A program made the position numbers and the translations under genes. The notes below the pieces were generated by a model. It saw nothing but the letters and a program-made list of their open reading frames with translations. It was not told where the DNA came from and did no database searches. Positions 45,549-47,458 of a DNA stretch of 47,458 nt are shown piece after piece (within the stretch, counting starts at the first letter, position 1; each line of letters starts with the position of its first letter). The DNA comes from an uncultured Methanosarcinales archaeon (GTDB lineage Archaea > Nanobdellota > Nanobdellia > Woesearchaeales > CAZPJY01), in NCBI GenBank assembly GCA_964587045.1, contig CAZPJY010000012.1, positions 1 to 47,458 on the forward strand, written 5' to 3'.

Positions 45549-46157
45549 TCATTTGAACTTATAAATATCTTTCTGTCTGAACCGTCTTATCTTGAGGTAG
45601 AGGGGTGTCATGGCCAGGAGGAATATGATGATGAGCAGGATGCCTATTATCTGGCCTTCTGTTAGCCCCGAGCTCTTCGAAATCTGCCTGGGTGTGGGAA
45701 GCAACGCTGTCTCGGGCTCGGCCAGCTCCTCTTCCCTGCTCTGGTAGCCGCTCTCCTTTTCTCCCACATGGACCGTGAAGGTTCTGGTGACCCTGGCGTT
45801 GATTCCGACCAGGCTTCCTGTGCCGCCGTAGGGGTAGGTGTAGTAGACGATTGGGTACTTGCTCCCTATGGCCGTGCCCGGCGGTATGGAGATGTTGATG
45901 TAGAGCCTGGTGTTATAGCTCTTTCCTGGCAGCTCGTAGTATTCCTGCGGTTTGATCAGCTTGGCCACCGATCCTTCAACATTAAAGGCGACCTTGATCG
46001 TCTCGTTCTGGCCGTTTTGCAGGCGGACGCCGTAGATGACAGACTGGCCTGGCTTGAGGTAGAGCTCGTCGTTTGGCAGGTAGTCTGAGGCTATGCCCAG
46101 CCCTTGGACTGCTGGGATGAGCAGGAGGATTATCGCGAGAGCCAGCAGCCGGACCAT
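45549..46157 (-). CDS. Secreted Ig-like domain protein with a C-terminal TM anchor
   Basis: Signal peptide, LKPGQS..VRLQN..ISIPPGTAIG beta domain, TM segment and basic tail. Confidence 0.8.
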   Translation of the reverse strand: MVRLLALAIILLLIPAVQGLGIASDYLPNDELYLKPGQSVIYGVRLQNGQNETIKVAFNVEGSVAKLIKPQEYYELPGKSYNTRLYINISIPPGTAIGSKYPIVYYTYPYGGTGSLVGINARVTRTFTVHVGEKESGYQSREEELAEPETALLPTPRQISKSSGLTEGQIIGILLIIIFLLAMTPLYLKIRRFRQKDIYKFK

Positions 46158-46196
46158 AGACTATATTTCAGGCAGGGTGGTTAAAAAAGGTTTCCC

Positions 46197-47054
46197 TTAA
46201 TCCACGTCGATGCGCCAGTCCACGGTCGAGTTGTAGACCTGCTCAGACAGGTTGAGCGGTACTTCCTCGATGTAGAAGTACAGCTCCTCGAAGGAGTTTG
46301 CACCTCTGGGCAGGGTCGCGCCGTTGACGGTCACAGCAGTCGCGTTGGAGAGAATAGTGCCGTTGGGCGCGTTGGTCGTGTTGACGCTGAAGTTTGACGC
46401 CGGGATGACATAATCTGGGACATCTACACCGCGAAGCTCATAGCCTGTCACGTTGACTAGGGTGAAATCGTCGTTTCCGGTGTTGTTGATTCTGAGGGGG
46501 TTATTGCCTGCGGCGATGTCAAGCTCACCCAGAGAGCGGGTTCCGAAGTCTATGGCTGTTATGTTGATCTGGATGGCCGACAGGGTGTTCATCGTGAAGT
46601 TGATGTCTGTCTTGTCTGAGGGCACGCCGTTGATGTCCTTGACGGACGCGTTGATGCTCCAGTTGCCCGGGTTATCGTAATAGTTTATTGTGATAGAGCA
46701 GTTGTAGCTCTTGGCAGTGGTGTTGGTCTGGTAGGCGGTGCAGCTTGAGCTTGTGTGGTTCAGAGAGGAGTTCGGCTGATAGCTGATGAAGACCTGGGCT
46801 GAAGAGTCGTTGAGGTTCAGCACTCCGTCAGCGTCAGTCGCGTTGAAATAGATGTAGATGGTTTTGGTTGTGCCGTCTGCAGGGTCGTCGTTCGTGGTCT
46901 GCACGTAGTAGACCACTGGGGCCGTGTTGCCAATTGTTAAGGTTACAGTGAAGTTGGCGTTGTCCGCACCCTCAACAGGGCTTCCTACGGTGAACAGGAA
47001 CCCTGTTAGGACTAGAACCAGAGCAAGCGTTATCTCTTTCCTTCCAATCTCCAT
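46197..47054 (-). CDS. Secreted N/T/S-rich surface protein, about 19 N-glycosylation sequons
   Basis: Signal peptide, NTAPVV, one Cys pair, IDFG..PLRINNTGN, LYFYIEEVP..YNST. No C-terminal anchor. Confidence 0.85.
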   Translation of the reverse strand: MEIGRKEITLALVLVLTGFLFTVGSPVEGADNANFTVTLTIGNTAPVVYYVQTTNDDPADGTTKTIYIYFNATDADGVLNLNDSSAQVFISYQPNSSLNHTSSSCTAYQTNTTAKSYNCSITINYYDNPGNWSINASVKDINGVPSDKTDINFTMNTLSAIQINITAIDFGTRSLGELDIAAGNNPLRINNTGNDDFTLVNVTGYELRGVDVPDYVIPASNFSVNTTNAPNGTILSNATAVTVNGATLPRGANSFEELYFYIEEVPLNLSEQVYNSTVDWRIDVD

Positions 47055-47079
47055 GCAACTCACTACACTTAGCTTTCAG

Positions 47080-47107
47080 TATACTTTTGTGTATACTACT
47101 ATTTAAA
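47080..47107 (-). promoter_or_regulatory. TATA-containing 28-bp element, copy 2
   Basis: TATACTTTTGTGTATACTACTATTTAAA on the plus strand, 25/28 identical to 2236-2263; upstream of the 47054 start. Confidence 0.65.
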
Positions 47108-47456
47108 CTTTTCGCTTATTTTTGCTCCTGTCATAGACTGTCCACAACGTCCTCTGGTCGCGGTTCAGAAGCCGTGCCATCACTGAGAAACGCATGTTCT
47201 GGCCTTCCCTGAGCTCTGTCACGACGACCTCCATTATGGACAGTGGGGTGCCCCTGAACCTGTCAATCGGCAAGAACAGGGTGCTTGTCTCCGCATCCAG
47301 ACGCTTCCTGAGCTTCTCGCGGGCGTTCCTGTAGGTGTTCCAGACCGTGCTCTTGTCCCTGCCCAGCATCGTGGCGATGTCCGAGAGCCTGAATCCCTCG
47401 TTTTCCTTGAGGTACTTGACCAGCGCTTCCAACGGGCTCAGCTTGCCGCCGAAGAT
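47103..47456 (-). CDS. Tandem helix-turn-helix DNA-binding protein, 5'-truncated at the window end
   Basis: Two units, LS.LEALVKYLKE..RLSDIATMLGRDKSTVWNTY and LSIMEVVVTELRE..RFSVMARLLNRDQRTLWTVY. Frame is open to the window edge. Confidence 0.85.
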   Translation of the reverse strand: MFGGKLSPLEALVKYLKENEGFRLSDIATMLGRDKSTVWNTYRNAREKLRKRLDAETSTLFLPIDRFRGTPLSIMEVVVTELREGQNMRFSVMARLLNRDQRTLWTVYDRSKNKRKV

Positions 47457-47458
47457 GC

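Noticed and set aside
1..47458. Mobile elements, provirus or defence systems
   Set aside because: No transposase, integrase, terminal repeats, capsid, restriction-modification or toxin-antitoxin signatures were recognised.

Overview
Archaeal chromosome segment. The fused PriS-PriL primase, the KRAQ class III signal peptide, the lipoprotein family and the tandem-HTH protein suggest a DPANN lineage, probably Woesearchaeota-like (inference). The centre (14.1-29.4 kb, minus strand) is the S10-spc ribosomal superoperon, rpl3 to secY, then EMC3/TMCO1, rpl34e and rpl14e. adk and cmk are missing from their usual positions, and several r-proteins carry long K/E/P-rich tails. Housekeeping neighbours are pheS/pheT, pelota, a TrmB regulator, primase, Hef, lemA-htpX, panD and an ABC-2 exporter. 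Both ends carry uncharacterised cell-surface loci. The left locus (1.2-8.2 kb) has a class III-signal protein, a polytopic membrane protein and four tandem paralogous Cys-patterned lipoproteins. The right locus (41.7-47.1 kb) has four secreted or anchored proteins, two very rich in sequons, followed by a degenerate M50 protease, a membrane protein, an MBL hydrolase and a shrunken GH5-like protein. A 28-bp promoter element (25/28 identical) precedes one gene of each locus, 45 kb apart, suggesting one co-regulated surface system. Also seen: a multi-hairpin leader before rpl3, a structured rpl34e-rpl14e spacer, and an unannotated 44-aa acidic ORF. No rRNA, tRNA, CRISPR array or mobile element was recognised. 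All calls come from reading the sequence; no database searches were run.
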